Below the pieces are notes generated by a model. It did not search any database. It saw nothing but the letters and a program-made list of their open reading frames with translations, and had not been told where the DNA came from. A stretch of 64,000 nt of DNA from a bacterium. Its GTDB lineage: Bacteria; SAR324; NAC60-12. Below, piece after piece: positions 9,821 through 19,092 of the stretch. Location: contig CBDDTI010000747.1 of the NCBI GenBank assembly GCA_965233585.1, positions 544,001 through 608,000 on the forward strand, read 5' to 3'. A program made the translations under genes and the position numbers. Positions within the stretch are counted from its first letter, which is position 1. Every line of letters starts with the position of its first letter.

Positions 9821-11145
9821 CGGATCACCTCTACCTCATCATCGCAACCCAGCCATTTTAAGTTAGGGTTTTGGGAGACATCTAGTGCCGTGAGTTGGTT
9901 GTACTCGCACCACAGCCGTTCTAAGTTAGGGTTTTGGGAGACATCTAGTGCCGTGAGTTGGTTGTCCTCGCACCACAGCTCTTGTAAGTTAGGGTTTTGG
10001 GAGACATCTAGTGCCGTGAGTTGGTTCCTTCTGCAATCCAGCCGTTCTAAGTTAGGGTTTTGGGAGACATCTAGTGCCGTGAGTTGGTTCCTTCTGCAAT
10101 CCAGCCGTTCTAAGTTAGGGTTTTGGGAGACATCTAGTGCCGTGAGTTGGTTGCTTATGCAATCCAGCCGTTCTAAGTTAGGGTTTTGGGAGACATCTAG
10201 TGCCGTGAGTTGGTTGCTTCTGCACCGCAGACATTCTAAGTTAGGGTTTTGGGAGACATCTAGTGCCGTGAGTTGGTTGTACTCGCACCACAGCCGTTCT
10301 AAGTTAGGGTTTTGGGAGACATCTAGTGCCGTGAGTTGGTTGTCCTCGCACCACAGCCGTTCTAAGTTAGGGTTTTGGGAGACATCTAGTGCCGTGAGTT
10401 GGTTCCTTCTGCACCACAGCTCTTGTAAGTTAGGGTTTTGGGAGACATCTAGTGCCGTGAGTTGGTTGTCCTCGCACCACAGCCGTTCTAAGTTAGGGTT
10501 TTGGGAGACATCTAGTGCCGTGAGTTGGTTCCTTCTGCAATCCAGCCGTTCTAAGTTAGGGTTTTGGGAGACATCTAGTGCCGTGAGTTGGTTGCTTCTG
10601 CAATCCAGCCGTTCTAAGTTAGGGTTTTGGGAGACATCTAGTGCCGTGAGTTGGTTGTCCTCGCACCACAGCCGTTCTAAGTTAGGGTTTTGGGAGACAT
10701 CTAGTGCCGTGAGTTGGTTGTCCTCGCAATCCAGCCGTTCTAAGTTAGGGTTTTGGGAGACATCTAGTGCCGTGAGTTGGTTGCTTCTGCAATCCAGCCG
10801 TTCTAAGTTAGGGTTTTGGGAGACATCTAGTGCCGTGAGTTGGTTGGGGGTTTTGGAACCCGCTTCATTGCCACATTTGAGAATTTGCAGATTGGGATAG
10901 CGGCTCACATCCAGTTCGGTCAGCCCTTGGTCGCTGACATCCAGCTCCGTCACGCTGTAGTCCAAATGCTCGGCGACTTGGCTACTTTTTTGAACTAAGG
11001 CACGGGCGCGTGCTAGGGCATCGTTGGCGACCTCGTCTATATGCCGTTGAGCTGCCGGGCTGAGGCTTGGTTGGCTGCTTTGGCGAACAACAGGCAGTTG
11101 TTGGTCTGCTTTGTGGGTATGATCGCTGTTTTCATCACTGTTCAT
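9817..11145 (-). CDS. Cytoplasmic leucine-rich repeat protein (21-aa LxxLxCxxNxL repeats, IRREKO-like class)
   Basis: 16 NQLTALDVSQNPNL frameworks; no signal peptide; SD AGGAG upstream; stop overlaps the next ATG (ATGA). Confidence 0.93.
   Translation of the reverse strand: MNSDENSDHTHKADQQLPVVRQSSQPSLSPAAQRHIDEVANDALARARALVQKSSQVAEHLDYSVTELDVSDQGLTELDVSRYPNLQILKCGNEAGSKTPNQLTALDVSQNPNLERLDCRSNQLTALDVSQNPNLERLDCEDNQLTALDVSQNPNLERLWCEDNQLTALDVSQNPNLERLDCRSNQLTALDVSQNPNLERLDCRRNQLTALDVSQNPNLERLWCEDNQLTALDVSQNPNLQELWCRRNQLTALDVSQNPNLERLWCEDNQLTALDVSQNPNLERLWCEYNQLTALDVSQNPNLECLRCRSNQLTALDVSQNPNLERLDCISNQLTALDVSQNPNLERLDCRRNQLTALDVSQNPNLERLDCRRNQLTALDVSQNPNLQELWCEDNQLTALDVSQNPNLERLWCEYNQLTALDVSQNPNLKWLGCDDEVEVIR
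9859..10845. repeat. 63-bp tandem array: 16 identical 42-bp blocks separated by 15 variable 21-bp segments
   Basis: Constant TAAGTTAGGGTTTTGGGAGACATCTAGTGCCGTGAGTTGGTT at 9859+63n (n=0..15). Confidence 0.97.
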
Positions 11146-11223
11146 AGTTTAGCTCCTGTTAGGTTGATGTGAGTCGGTCTGTTGGTGATAGAGTCAATTC
11201 AGAAAGGTTTTGTTAGGGAATAC

Positions 11224-12630
11224 CTAATCTTCCATGAACACCGAATGAATCACTTGAAGTGCATGCAAGACAGACTTTTGCTCAATCACGCAGGAGATGT
11301 TAATTTCTGATGCACCTTGTGTGATCATCTCAATATTGATGCCTTCATTGGCTAATGCAGAAAACATTTCTCCTGCTGTGCCAATGGAATGTTTCATGTG
11401 CCTACCAACGAGACTGACGATGGCACGTTCATGCGAAACGTAGGGTTTTCCTAGAGCTTTCAGTCTTGGCACTAAAAGTGGCAGTTTTGAATACTCTGCA
11501 GTAGCACAGGAGATGACAGACTCAGACATAGAAATGAGATCAATGATGATAGATTCTTGGTAAAAGGCATCAAGCACGTATGCCAAAAATCTTGCGGGGT
11601 GGAGTCTTCTGTTTGAGACAAGCTGCACAACTGAAACAGGGTCTTTGGCTGTAACAGCAGTGGCAACAGGTTGTTTACTGGGTTGAATCTGTGAAGGGAA
11701 GTATTTTTTAATTTGGTCTTCAACCACGATGACGGTGCCTTTTTTTTCAGGGTAGAACGTGTTTTTAATGCGTACGGGGACGTCAACAGAAAGTGCTTGT
11801 TCCATTGTCATGGGGTGCAACACTTCTGAACCGAAGTATGTCAACTCTGAAGCCTCTTGTGGTGAGATATAGTCTAACACTCTTGCAGATTCTACTTTGC
11901 GAGGGTCTGCAGTGAAGATGCCGTCAACTTCTTTCCAAATTTGTAACTCATCAGCAATCTTTGCAGCCGCAATCAACGAGGCAGTAAAGTCTGTGTAGCC
12001 ACGTCCGATGGTATCAACAATGCCTCCTTTGACAAATCCCAAAAAACCTGTCACAACGGGAATCACATGAGGGCTGCTAGGTAATTTTTCAAGCACTTTC
12101 CTGCGAAGAGTTGGAATAAATTCAGAATCGGTAGTGTCTAACTTCCCCGGTATGATTTCAGACAAATTGACATACATGCTATGTTGACCCTGATCCTTCA
12201 AAATGCTTGCAAGAGCCATAGCAGACAGTCGCTCACCTGCACCAATGATGAGGTCTTTGGAACGGGGTGAAACCTCTTGAATAACGCCAATAGCTTGTAA
12301 AAATTGCCTCAGCGATTCTAACTCTTGCTTGATGAGTAGCTGGACTTCCCAAAAAATCTCTTGCGAATCAATCGCACCCTGAATGGCATTTAAATAAGTT
12401 TGTTCAATTTGTTCAAGGGGTTTGAAGTAATCCTTGCCTATGAGGGCTAAGCCACTGGCTTGTATGAGTCTGCTGGTTGTGCCTTCTTCTTTGATGTAAG
12501 AACTCATTGCAGAGACAACAGCAATGACAGAAGATTCTTTGGTAGTCTGGCAAATGATTTGAGCAACAGATTTGAGACGTTTGGCGTTCCCAAGACTTGT
12601 GCCTCCAAACTTTTGGACGATTAAAGACAT
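11224..12630 (-). CDS. lysC: Aspartate kinase
   Basis: VQKFGGTS, GRGYTD, EVDGIFTADPRKV, C-terminal ACT domains. Confidence 0.93.
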   Translation of the reverse strand: MSLIVQKFGGTSLGNAKRLKSVAQIICQTTKESSVIAVVSAMSSYIKEEGTTSRLIQASGLALIGKDYFKPLEQIEQTYLNAIQGAIDSQEIFWEVQLLIKQELESLRQFLQAIGVIQEVSPRSKDLIIGAGERLSAMALASILKDQGQHSMYVNLSEIIPGKLDTTDSEFIPTLRRKVLEKLPSSPHVIPVVTGFLGFVKGGIVDTIGRGYTDFTASLIAAAKIADELQIWKEVDGIFTADPRKVESARVLDYISPQEASELTYFGSEVLHPMTMEQALSVDVPVRIKNTFYPEKKGTVIVVEDQIKKYFPSQIQPSKQPVATAVTAKDPVSVVQLVSNRRLHPARFLAYVLDAFYQESIIIDLISMSESVISCATAEYSKLPLLVPRLKALGKPYVSHERAIVSLVGRHMKHSIGTAGEMFSALANEGINIEMITQGASEINISCVIEQKSVLHALQVIHSVFMED

Positions 12631-12726
12631 GCGGTGAGAAGGTCAGCAGAAGGTGTTGTCATTTTCAATTTCAATTCTTTTGAGAGTGTTCAAAACAGAG
12701 GTGATGAAAACAGATGGAAGTAGTTG

Positions 12727-13983
12727 CTAAGATTTTTTTGCTGGAGAAGTTGATTTTTTTTCTTCTGCCAGTTCTTTCATTTTTGCTTCTTTTTCCTTCT
12801 TTTTTTGGTGCAGCTTGATAGATTCCTCTCTTGCTCCTTTCAAGGCTAATTTATATTTTTCTGCTTGTGCAGAAGTTCCTGCCACCTTATGCAATTCAAT
12901 GGCAAGCTCCATGAGCTGAACTTTACCTGATGCCGCATCAATTTTTTGGATATTTCCCCGACCCAATGCTTTGATTCCATCTTCAACATACTTCAAGGCT
13001 TGTTTGTGTTGGTCAAGAGACATGCTGTTTTGAGCCATAGAATAATAGGCTTTGTAGGCTTTGGAAAATCGCTTGTTATTTGCTGCTTCTTGGTAATAGT
13101 GATTACTGATTTGAATCATACTTGATAACATTTTGTTGATAGAAATGGGATTTTTACCAGATGGCAGGACAATTTTACTTTTGGGAAAATCTTGGTTGAA
13201 ACGAGTGATGAATGATCGGAGCTTACCCATGTCTTTCACTTGCTGTTTTTGGGATTTTCCACTGACCACTGCCAGATAAAAATCAATGATGTCTTGAAAC
13301 ACCTTGGCTTTATAAATCTGGATTTCTCCACTCTTGAGTAAAAACATGGCACGGCTTTGCACTAGCATGATTTGTTCATACTCGTTCAAATGATAAAAGG
13401 CTTCATAGTGACGTCTGCCCTGCATGTAAAATTTGATGATTCTCTCACGTGATTCTAAGGCAACAAGGTCTTTGTTAACCAGCATCTCAGACATGAGAGA
13501 ATGCACTTTTTTTTCAACATGATACGGAGTGTTGTTAATCGGTGTTAGAACCTTGAAGGTGCTAACCATCAAAGAACATCCTGGTGGATAGACTTTGCGT
13601 GTTGCAGTTTGAACACTGGTTGAGGCAACATCAATGGCAGTGTAAAGCAAAAAAAGTTGCCTTGATACATTGGAGACCTCTTTTGAAGCGGCATCAATGA
13701 TCCATCTTGCAAGAACTTCTATGAATTTTTCACCATCTTTTTGCTGACGGTAAAAAGAGGCACAAATCTGAATGCCTTGTGCCAACAAATTCATATCTGT
13801 TGTGCTGTCAGCAAGCATCTGGGTCACTTGAGAGATGGGAACTTTGACTTTAGAGCTAAAAAGACGGTGCTGTCTTTTTTCCTCTGCTTCCATGATAGAG
13901 CTGGTTAATTTTTTGGTAGAAGCATCAAAATTAAACTCAAAGCATTGAAGTTCTTGATTTTGCGAGGAAGAATCTGCCGACAT
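12727..13983 (-). CDS. Hypothetical helical/TPR-like protein
   Basis: 418-aa ORF, TPR-like AYYSMA...ALKYVEDGI segment, Lys/Glu-rich tail. Confidence 0.55.
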   Translation of the reverse strand: MSADSSSQNQELQCFEFNFDASTKKLTSSIMEAEEKRQHRLFSSKVKVPISQVTQMLADSTTDMNLLAQGIQICASFYRQQKDGEKFIEVLARWIIDAASKEVSNVSRQLFLLYTAIDVASTSVQTATRKVYPPGCSLMVSTFKVLTPINNTPYHVEKKVHSLMSEMLVNKDLVALESRERIIKFYMQGRRHYEAFYHLNEYEQIMLVQSRAMFLLKSGEIQIYKAKVFQDIIDFYLAVVSGKSQKQQVKDMGKLRSFITRFNQDFPKSKIVLPSGKNPISINKMLSSMIQISNHYYQEAANNKRFSKAYKAYYSMAQNSMSLDQHKQALKYVEDGIKALGRGNIQKIDAASGKVQLMELAIELHKVAGTSAQAEKYKLALKGAREESIKLHQKKKEKEAKMKELAEEKKSTSPAKKS

Positions 13984-14090
13984 AGAGGTTGGAGCAACTA
14001 CAAAATTTGTGAGATTGCAAAATTTTGGAAATCATTTTGCATCGTTTCTCAAAAAGAGAAAGAGTATAACACAACACTATACAATTTGTC

Positions 14091-15353
14091 ATGGCTCATC
14101 TTGACCGTTTTTATTATCTTTTGTCCATCTTTTTTCAGCTAGGGTTTTTGGTCTTAACTTCTGAAGCCTATGCTCAATCTTCAGTAGAATCGGTAGAAAT
14201 TGAATCTATCATCATCTCAAAAAATTGCTCACAAGTCCGTTTTCCAGAATTGCACGACCAAGCACAGCAAAATCCTGATTGTCCGAAATATGGAGACATT
14301 CAGCTCATTCAAATTACCCTTCAAAACAATCTCTCCAAGGTCGTTCCCGCAGTTGTTCAAGTCATGGTTCATAGAGAAGGAGACTTATTGACAACTCTCA
14401 AAAAAGAACAACAGCTTTTGCCACGCTCCCAAGTGCGTTCACTGTTTCAGTACCAAATCCCTCAAGAAGGAGGGGAGTATCAAATTTCGGCAAAACTCTT
14501 AGACCTTGAAACCCCAGAGAACGTCATTGCTTTGTCAAAATTTGCGACCAATCAACGTTTTTATCTGCTGAAGCAGTCAGAACTTGACCGCGTGAAAGCG
14601 ACAGAGGAGCTGAGAATTGCAGAGGGTCAAAGGATTCCCCAGCAACTTAAATTTGACCCGCCAGACCTTAAATGGGAGCAAATCCATGTGTTCCCCAAAC
14701 ATGTTCTGCGTGGTGAAAAACTGCGTTTGCGGGTAGATTTGACCAACGTCGGTGGAGACCTTGCCCGAAATGTCAAATCTCGTGTGAGTTTCTATAATGT
14801 TCGTTTGCCAAGACGAAAAACGATTATTGCAGAGCCTGCTGTTGACCTTCTTGCACCCGGTGAGACAGCAACATTTGAGTTAGAATATACCTTCCCCGGG
14901 GACCAGATTTTAGGAGAGTACAAAATTGAAGCGGTTTCAGATGTTAGAAATCTGATTCCAGAGATTGATGAGGAAAACAATGCACTATCATCTGAACTGA
15001 TGCAGCTCAGCGACATTAAACTTCTGCTTCCACCTGATAAATTTTCATTTGAAGAAGAGGGGTTGTTTTTGTTTCAATGGGACAGCATCACCTTCCGAGA
15101 GTTTAAACTGCAGATTGGCATTAACAAAAAATTTGATGACCCTAACAACTACTTTGAGTTACCTCAAGGAGGACGTTGGGTCTCTGACAAGGAGCTTTCA
15201 CCTCTCAAAGGAGAACTTCCAGAGATGGGAATTGGTCTAACCAAAAGATTCCGAACCAGAACACTTTACTGGAGAATTGTTGGCAGACAATCCAGCGGGC
15301 AACAAACGCACTCTACTCCCCGAGAGTTTACCATCGGTCAGCAAGAAGACTAA
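14091..15353 (+). CDS. Exported CARDB (Ig-like) domain protein
   Basis: Signal-like N-terminus ending AYA; PDL...LTNVGG...LAPGET...D...IPEIDEENN CARDB motif. Confidence 0.7.
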   Translation: MAHLDRFYYLLSIFFQLGFLVLTSEAYAQSSVESVEIESIIISKNCSQVRFPELHDQAQQNPDCPKYGDIQLIQITLQNNLSKVVPAVVQVMVHREGDLLTTLKKEQQLLPRSQVRSLFQYQIPQEGGEYQISAKLLDLETPENVIALSKFATNQRFYLLKQSELDRVKATEELRIAEGQRIPQQLKFDPPDLKWEQIHVFPKHVLRGEKLRLRVDLTNVGGDLARNVKSRVSFYNVRLPRRKTIIAEPAVDLLAPGETATFELEYTFPGDQILGEYKIEAVSDVRNLIPEIDEENNALSSELMQLSDIKLLLPPDKFSFEEEGLFLFQWDSITFREFKLQIGINKKFDDPNNYFELPQGGRWVSDKELSPLKGELPEMGIGLTKRFRTRTLYWRIVGRQSSGQQTHSTPREFTIGQQED

Positions 15354-15402
15354 AAGATTTAGACTAAAAGATTTTGAAGACCTCCTTTCAGATGCTTCTT
15401 TT

Positions 15403-17592
15403 TTAAAATTCCACACTCATTTTAAAAACTTTAGAGATGTATTCTGCTGAGGCATCTCTGGCAATCCAATAAAGTTTCCCGCCATTTTCTGCCAAACGTG
15501 GAAGTGTATTTGCTTGGTCTTGTGAAAGGTCAAACCAACGGCAATTTGTTGGTTCATCGTTTGCATTGAAAGAGCAACGGAACAAATTGGAGCGAGTAGG
15601 GGCTTGCCTAGATTGAGTCAATACCAAAAGTTCATTGTCATTTCTGATGTATAAGTCAGGAGAAGCCATTTCTACCTGCTTTAATACTTGTCTCAGTGTC
15701 TGATTTTCTATCTTGTCAAGCAGGTCAAAATTTTCGCAAGAAGCAAAAAAGACAGTTTGGTCAGTTCTTCGGGTGCATCTTGTCAGTTGGGGTTGCCCCC
15801 CTTTCGTTTGATCAATAGAGGCAACCCAAACATAGTCAACTTCTCCACTTTTTAGGGCAATGCTTGGTGTCAGTCCTTGATTGTCATTGGCAGAAAGAGT
15901 GGAGGCTTGGCATGTTGTTGGTGTTAGGGAGGCAATAGTGCAATAAGCAAGGGCAAGTTTTCCTGTTTGGCTTTCTGTGGCGACATACACATAGTCGTTA
16001 TCCTCATTGAAAAAAGTGACAGACTTTGCTCGGGTCGGTTCAGCGACACTCAAATTTGTTGTGGTACAGTTGCCATCGTCAGGCTGATTACACTCTGACA
16101 AAAAGAGTCCGTTCACACTATGGCTAAACACCGTGTAAGTTTTGGTCACTTGACCGCTATCATTTGTCTGAAAAGACAGGTTGATTGTGCTTTCTGATGT
16201 TTGAGCAATAGATAACTTCTGGGGGTCAGTGCAGTTTTGGGGAAGTCTAGCATCATCTAGCTCGCAAGTTTTGATGGAAAGTGCGTTGGTTGTGTCTGCC
16301 ATGACAAAATAAAACTGGTCTTCAAGTGCCATGGTGATATGAATTGCAGCATCCGTTGTTGCGATTTCTTGTTCTGCAAGGAAGCCTATCTCGTCGCCTA
16401 CTCTGAGAATGGCACGATTTTGTGTGGCTTGAGAAAGCGCATAGATGTTCTCGCCTTTTGCTAAAATTTGGTGACTGGAGCTGACAAATCCTGTATGAGC
16501 AAAGTCAAAGATAGATTCTATTGTGCCAAGTGGGTTGTATTGATGGCTTGTTTGACTGGCTTCAAATCCTGTTTTGAGGTCTGAAATGATTTCAGCAGGT
16601 ATGGGCACCGTTCTGTCACTAAGAATTTGCTGCACGACAGCATCGTTGACAAACCCTTGTGGGTTTATATCATAATCACCATCTACCAATCGGACGTCCG
16701 AAGACACTTGACTCACATCAATCCCATTGGATAAATCATTGTCATTGTCAAGTACTACCAGCAACGTTTGCCGATTGATGACTTTGGACTCTATCAAGTT
16801 TGTTGTCGCTGCCAGATCTAAAACTGTCATTTCTTCTTTGGCAGTGACCTCTCCCAAATTGATTTCATCAATAAAAAAACGAATTGGTTGGCTGGCTTGG
16901 TAAAGAAATTTGCCCTCACTGTCTGTTTGACCAAGATAGCCAGAACTTAAACGATACCCCAAACCAATCACTGGGGTAGGTGATTTGAACGTCCCTGTTG
17001 CAAGTGAGTCTTGTGCATTATTGAACCTTCTTTGAAAGTGGGCGACTGCCTCTGATACCTTAACTAACGGACAGGAATTGCAAACTTGTTGTAGCAGTGT
17101 TCGTGCATCGTTCTCAAAAAGGGCTTGCTCTTGGTCAAAATTGATTGCTGATGCTGACCGACGTGTTGATTCTGTAATGAGAATGCCATTTGCAGGGTTT
17201 TGGTCGTTGTCTAAACTTTGGAGCAATCTGAGCCGATTGATGACCTCAGGAAAATTGATTGTGTTTCTGTTCGCAAGCTCAATGGGAGTGATGACAGCCT
17301 GAGCCTTAGTTTTTCCAAGATTCAGTTCTCCGATTTTAAACTCTATCTCATCGCCTGCAATATACTCAAAAGTGCCATGTTGGTCTGTCAACCCTTCTCT
17401 ATCGCTGGTCGTTCGGTACCCTACTCCAGAAACTTGAGAGTCAATCAACTGTCCTTGCAGAACTGTAGGCGTCTCTTGTGGTGTTGGCTCTTCTTCTTTC
17501 TCAATTAGATTCTCTTTTGACTCCATACAGCCGTTGAAAAACCACAAAACTACAATGAAAACAAACCAATTTTTTTGAATAGATTGACGCAT
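15403..17592 (-). CDS. Large outer-surface lipoprotein (adhesin-like; duplicated N-terminal module, Cys-rich beta-repeat C-terminus)
   Basis: Lipobox-like FNGC; two repeats of G(V/L)GYR...GxTDxxGxF...LDNDxxxxNGI. Confidence 0.6.
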   Translation of the reverse strand: MRQSIQKNWFVFIVVLWFFNGCMESKENLIEKEEEPTPQETPTVLQGQLIDSQVSGVGYRTTSDREGLTDQHGTFEYIAGDEIEFKIGELNLGKTKAQAVITPIELANRNTINFPEVINRLRLLQSLDNDQNPANGILITESTRRSASAINFDQEQALFENDARTLLQQVCNSCPLVKVSEAVAHFQRRFNNAQDSLATGTFKSPTPVIGLGYRLSSGYLGQTDSEGKFLYQASQPIRFFIDEINLGEVTAKEEMTVLDLAATTNLIESKVINRQTLLVVLDNDNDLSNGIDVSQVSSDVRLVDGDYDINPQGFVNDAVVQQILSDRTVPIPAEIISDLKTGFEASQTSHQYNPLGTIESIFDFAHTGFVSSSHQILAKGENIYALSQATQNRAILRVGDEIGFLAEQEIATTDAAIHITMALEDQFYFVMADTTNALSIKTCELDDARLPQNCTDPQKLSIAQTSESTINLSFQTNDSGQVTKTYTVFSHSVNGLFLSECNQPDDGNCTTTNLSVAEPTRAKSVTFFNEDNDYVYVATESQTGKLALAYCTIASLTPTTCQASTLSANDNQGLTPSIALKSGEVDYVWVASIDQTKGGQPQLTRCTRRTDQTVFFASCENFDLLDKIENQTLRQVLKQVEMASPDLYIRNDNELLVLTQSRQAPTRSNLFRCSFNANDEPTNCRWFDLSQDQANTLPRLAENGGKLYWIARDASAEYISKVFKMSVEF

Positions 17593-17612
17593 AGAATTTT
17601 TATGAGAGAAAA

Positions 17613-18179
17613 TTACAAAACCCCTAAAATCAAAACTGGAATATCAATGTCTGAAACACCTCTTTTTTCTAAATCCCAGACAAATTGTTCAAAATAAGAA
17701 ACTCCTGATGACATTTCATCGGCTAGTTCTTTAATCGGAACAATTTCTATGCCTGCATCAATAATGTTCAGCTTCTTAAAGATAGTCATCTTTGCACAGA
17801 CGTTATAAACCATAAACGCATACTTTCCAAATTGCACTTCAACTCCTAGTCTTTCTTTCACAAAATCCATATCTCTAAATGCACCTTGTTTTAAAGGTTT
17901 AGGTTGATAATTTTTTGTGTAATATTGTGTTGGGTAGTTACATTTTTCTTTATGATTGTGCCAATTTCTAGCTGAAAAATATTTTTTAAATTCTTGATTT
18001 AACATAGCAGGACTGTACAGTAGTTTGCCCTGCATTGTTTTCTCTTGACTTATTTTATCTTTGCACTTCTCAGAATCTACACATTGAACGACTTCATAAG
18101 TTTGACTCAACAATTCTGCAAAGTGATTTTGAATAAACTCCTTACCACCATTAAAGCTAAATTCTCCAGCAACAATCAT
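17613..18179 (-). CDS. Type II restriction endonuclease, BglII/BstYI family
   Basis: DMDFVKERLGVEVQFGKY (D...E-x-Q catalytic motif), IDIPVLILG; ATG at 18179 overlaps the MTase stop. Confidence 0.85.
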   Translation of the reverse strand: MIVAGEFSFNGGKEFIQNHFAELLSQTYEVVQCVDSEKCKDKISQEKTMQGKLLYSPAMLNQEFKKYFSARNWHNHKEKCNYPTQYYTKNYQPKPLKQGAFRDMDFVKERLGVEVQFGKYAFMVYNVCAKMTIFKKLNIIDAGIEIVPIKELADEMSSGVSYFEQFVWDLEKRGVSDIDIPVLILGVL

Positions 18180-19084
18180 AAGCTCCACTGCAATGGAAAT
18201 TGTGCGACTTTTTCGGTACCACTTGGCTGATGGATGGGTTTCCCGATTGGTCTTATTCTCAGGTTTCCCGAAAGAAATTGCTCAACTCTTTGCTTGGCAA
18301 TAGAGCAATACCTCTCTTCTTTTTCAACGCAAACAGGTAACCGATGATGCTTCAAACAAGCAATAGCAGTACTTCCTACCCCACCAAAGGGGTCTAGAAC
18401 CATATCATGTTTGTTGGTAAAAGCTAGGATGCAACGTTCCACTAACTCTATTGGGAATTGACAAGGGTGTTCTGTTTTTTCAGGGTGATTAGACTTGACG
18501 TTGGGAATATCAATCATACCTAAATCAAACTCTGTTTGAAGTAGCTCCCAATAATCTGATGGGTTTTTACCCTTTGGGTTTCCGCTTAATTCTCCTTTTC
18601 TTTTGCCTTTAAAATGTCGTTTCCCGGGATATTTTGAGGGAATACGGACTTCATCTAAATTGAAGATATAATTCTCATTTTTAGAAAACCAAAGCAAAGT
18701 TTCATAGCGTCCAGAAAGTCTTTTTTGTGCATGTAACCCATGGTTAAAGTGCCAAATGATACGGTTTCTTAACTGTAAACCTAGCTTTTTAAAAATGGGG
18801 TAAAAATACATATCCAGAGGAAAGATTTCCCCTTTTTCAACATAATTTCCCACTTGCCAACAAAAACTTCCTGTTGGCTTCAGTTTGGGAACAAGTTGAG
18901 AGATAATTGATTCTTGCCAAGCTAAATAATTTGCTAAAGACGTTTTTTCTTCGTAGTTTTTACCGACATTATAAGGAGGAGAAGTGATAATCAGCTGAAA
19001 TTGACCATCAGCAAAATCTTTGATTTTTTCTTCTATTTCTCCTTGAAAAATAGATTGGCTTTCATCAAAAAAACAACTCTGCAT
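18176..19084 (-). CDS. Site-specific DNA methyltransferase, beta class (N4-C/N6-A)
   Basis: ITSPPYN (motif IV) precedes HPCQFP and VLDPFGGVGST (motif I). Confidence 0.92.
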   Translation of the reverse strand: MQSCFFDESQSIFQGEIEEKIKDFADGQFQLIITSPPYNVGKNYEEKTSLANYLAWQESIISQLVPKLKPTGSFCWQVGNYVEKGEIFPLDMYFYPIFKKLGLQLRNRIIWHFNHGLHAQKRLSGRYETLLWFSKNENYIFNLDEVRIPSKYPGKRHFKGKRKGELSGNPKGKNPSDYWELLQTEFDLGMIDIPNVKSNHPEKTEHPCQFPIELVERCILAFTNKHDMVLDPFGGVGSTAIACLKHHRLPVCVEKEERYCSIAKQRVEQFLSGNLRIRPIGKPIHQPSGTEKVAQFPLQWSL

Positions 19085-19092
19085 TGTCAAAA

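Noticed and set aside
9859..10845. CRISPR array (42-bp repeats with 21-bp spacers)
   Set aside because: The spacers are too short, mutually similar and recurrent. The period is exactly 21 codons within an open LRR frame, and there are no cas genes or leader.
9890..10900. 336-aa plus-strand ORF
   Set aside because: Antisense shadow of the LRR array; it is open only because the 63-bp unit has no stop in that frame.
9817..11145. Diversity-generating retroelement target
   Set aside because: No reverse transcriptase or separate template repeat in the window; variation is block-wise reassortment rather than scattered adenine-specific mutation.
8086..11223. Complete integrative element with attL/attR at tRNA-Leu
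   Set aside because: No integrase, and no duplicate of the tRNA 3' end was found near 11150-11223; only composition and position suggest acquisition.
15347..15374. 14-bp tandem duplication AGACTAAAAGATTT at the CARDB gene stop
   Set aside because: Only two copies, with no associated element; likely replication slippage.
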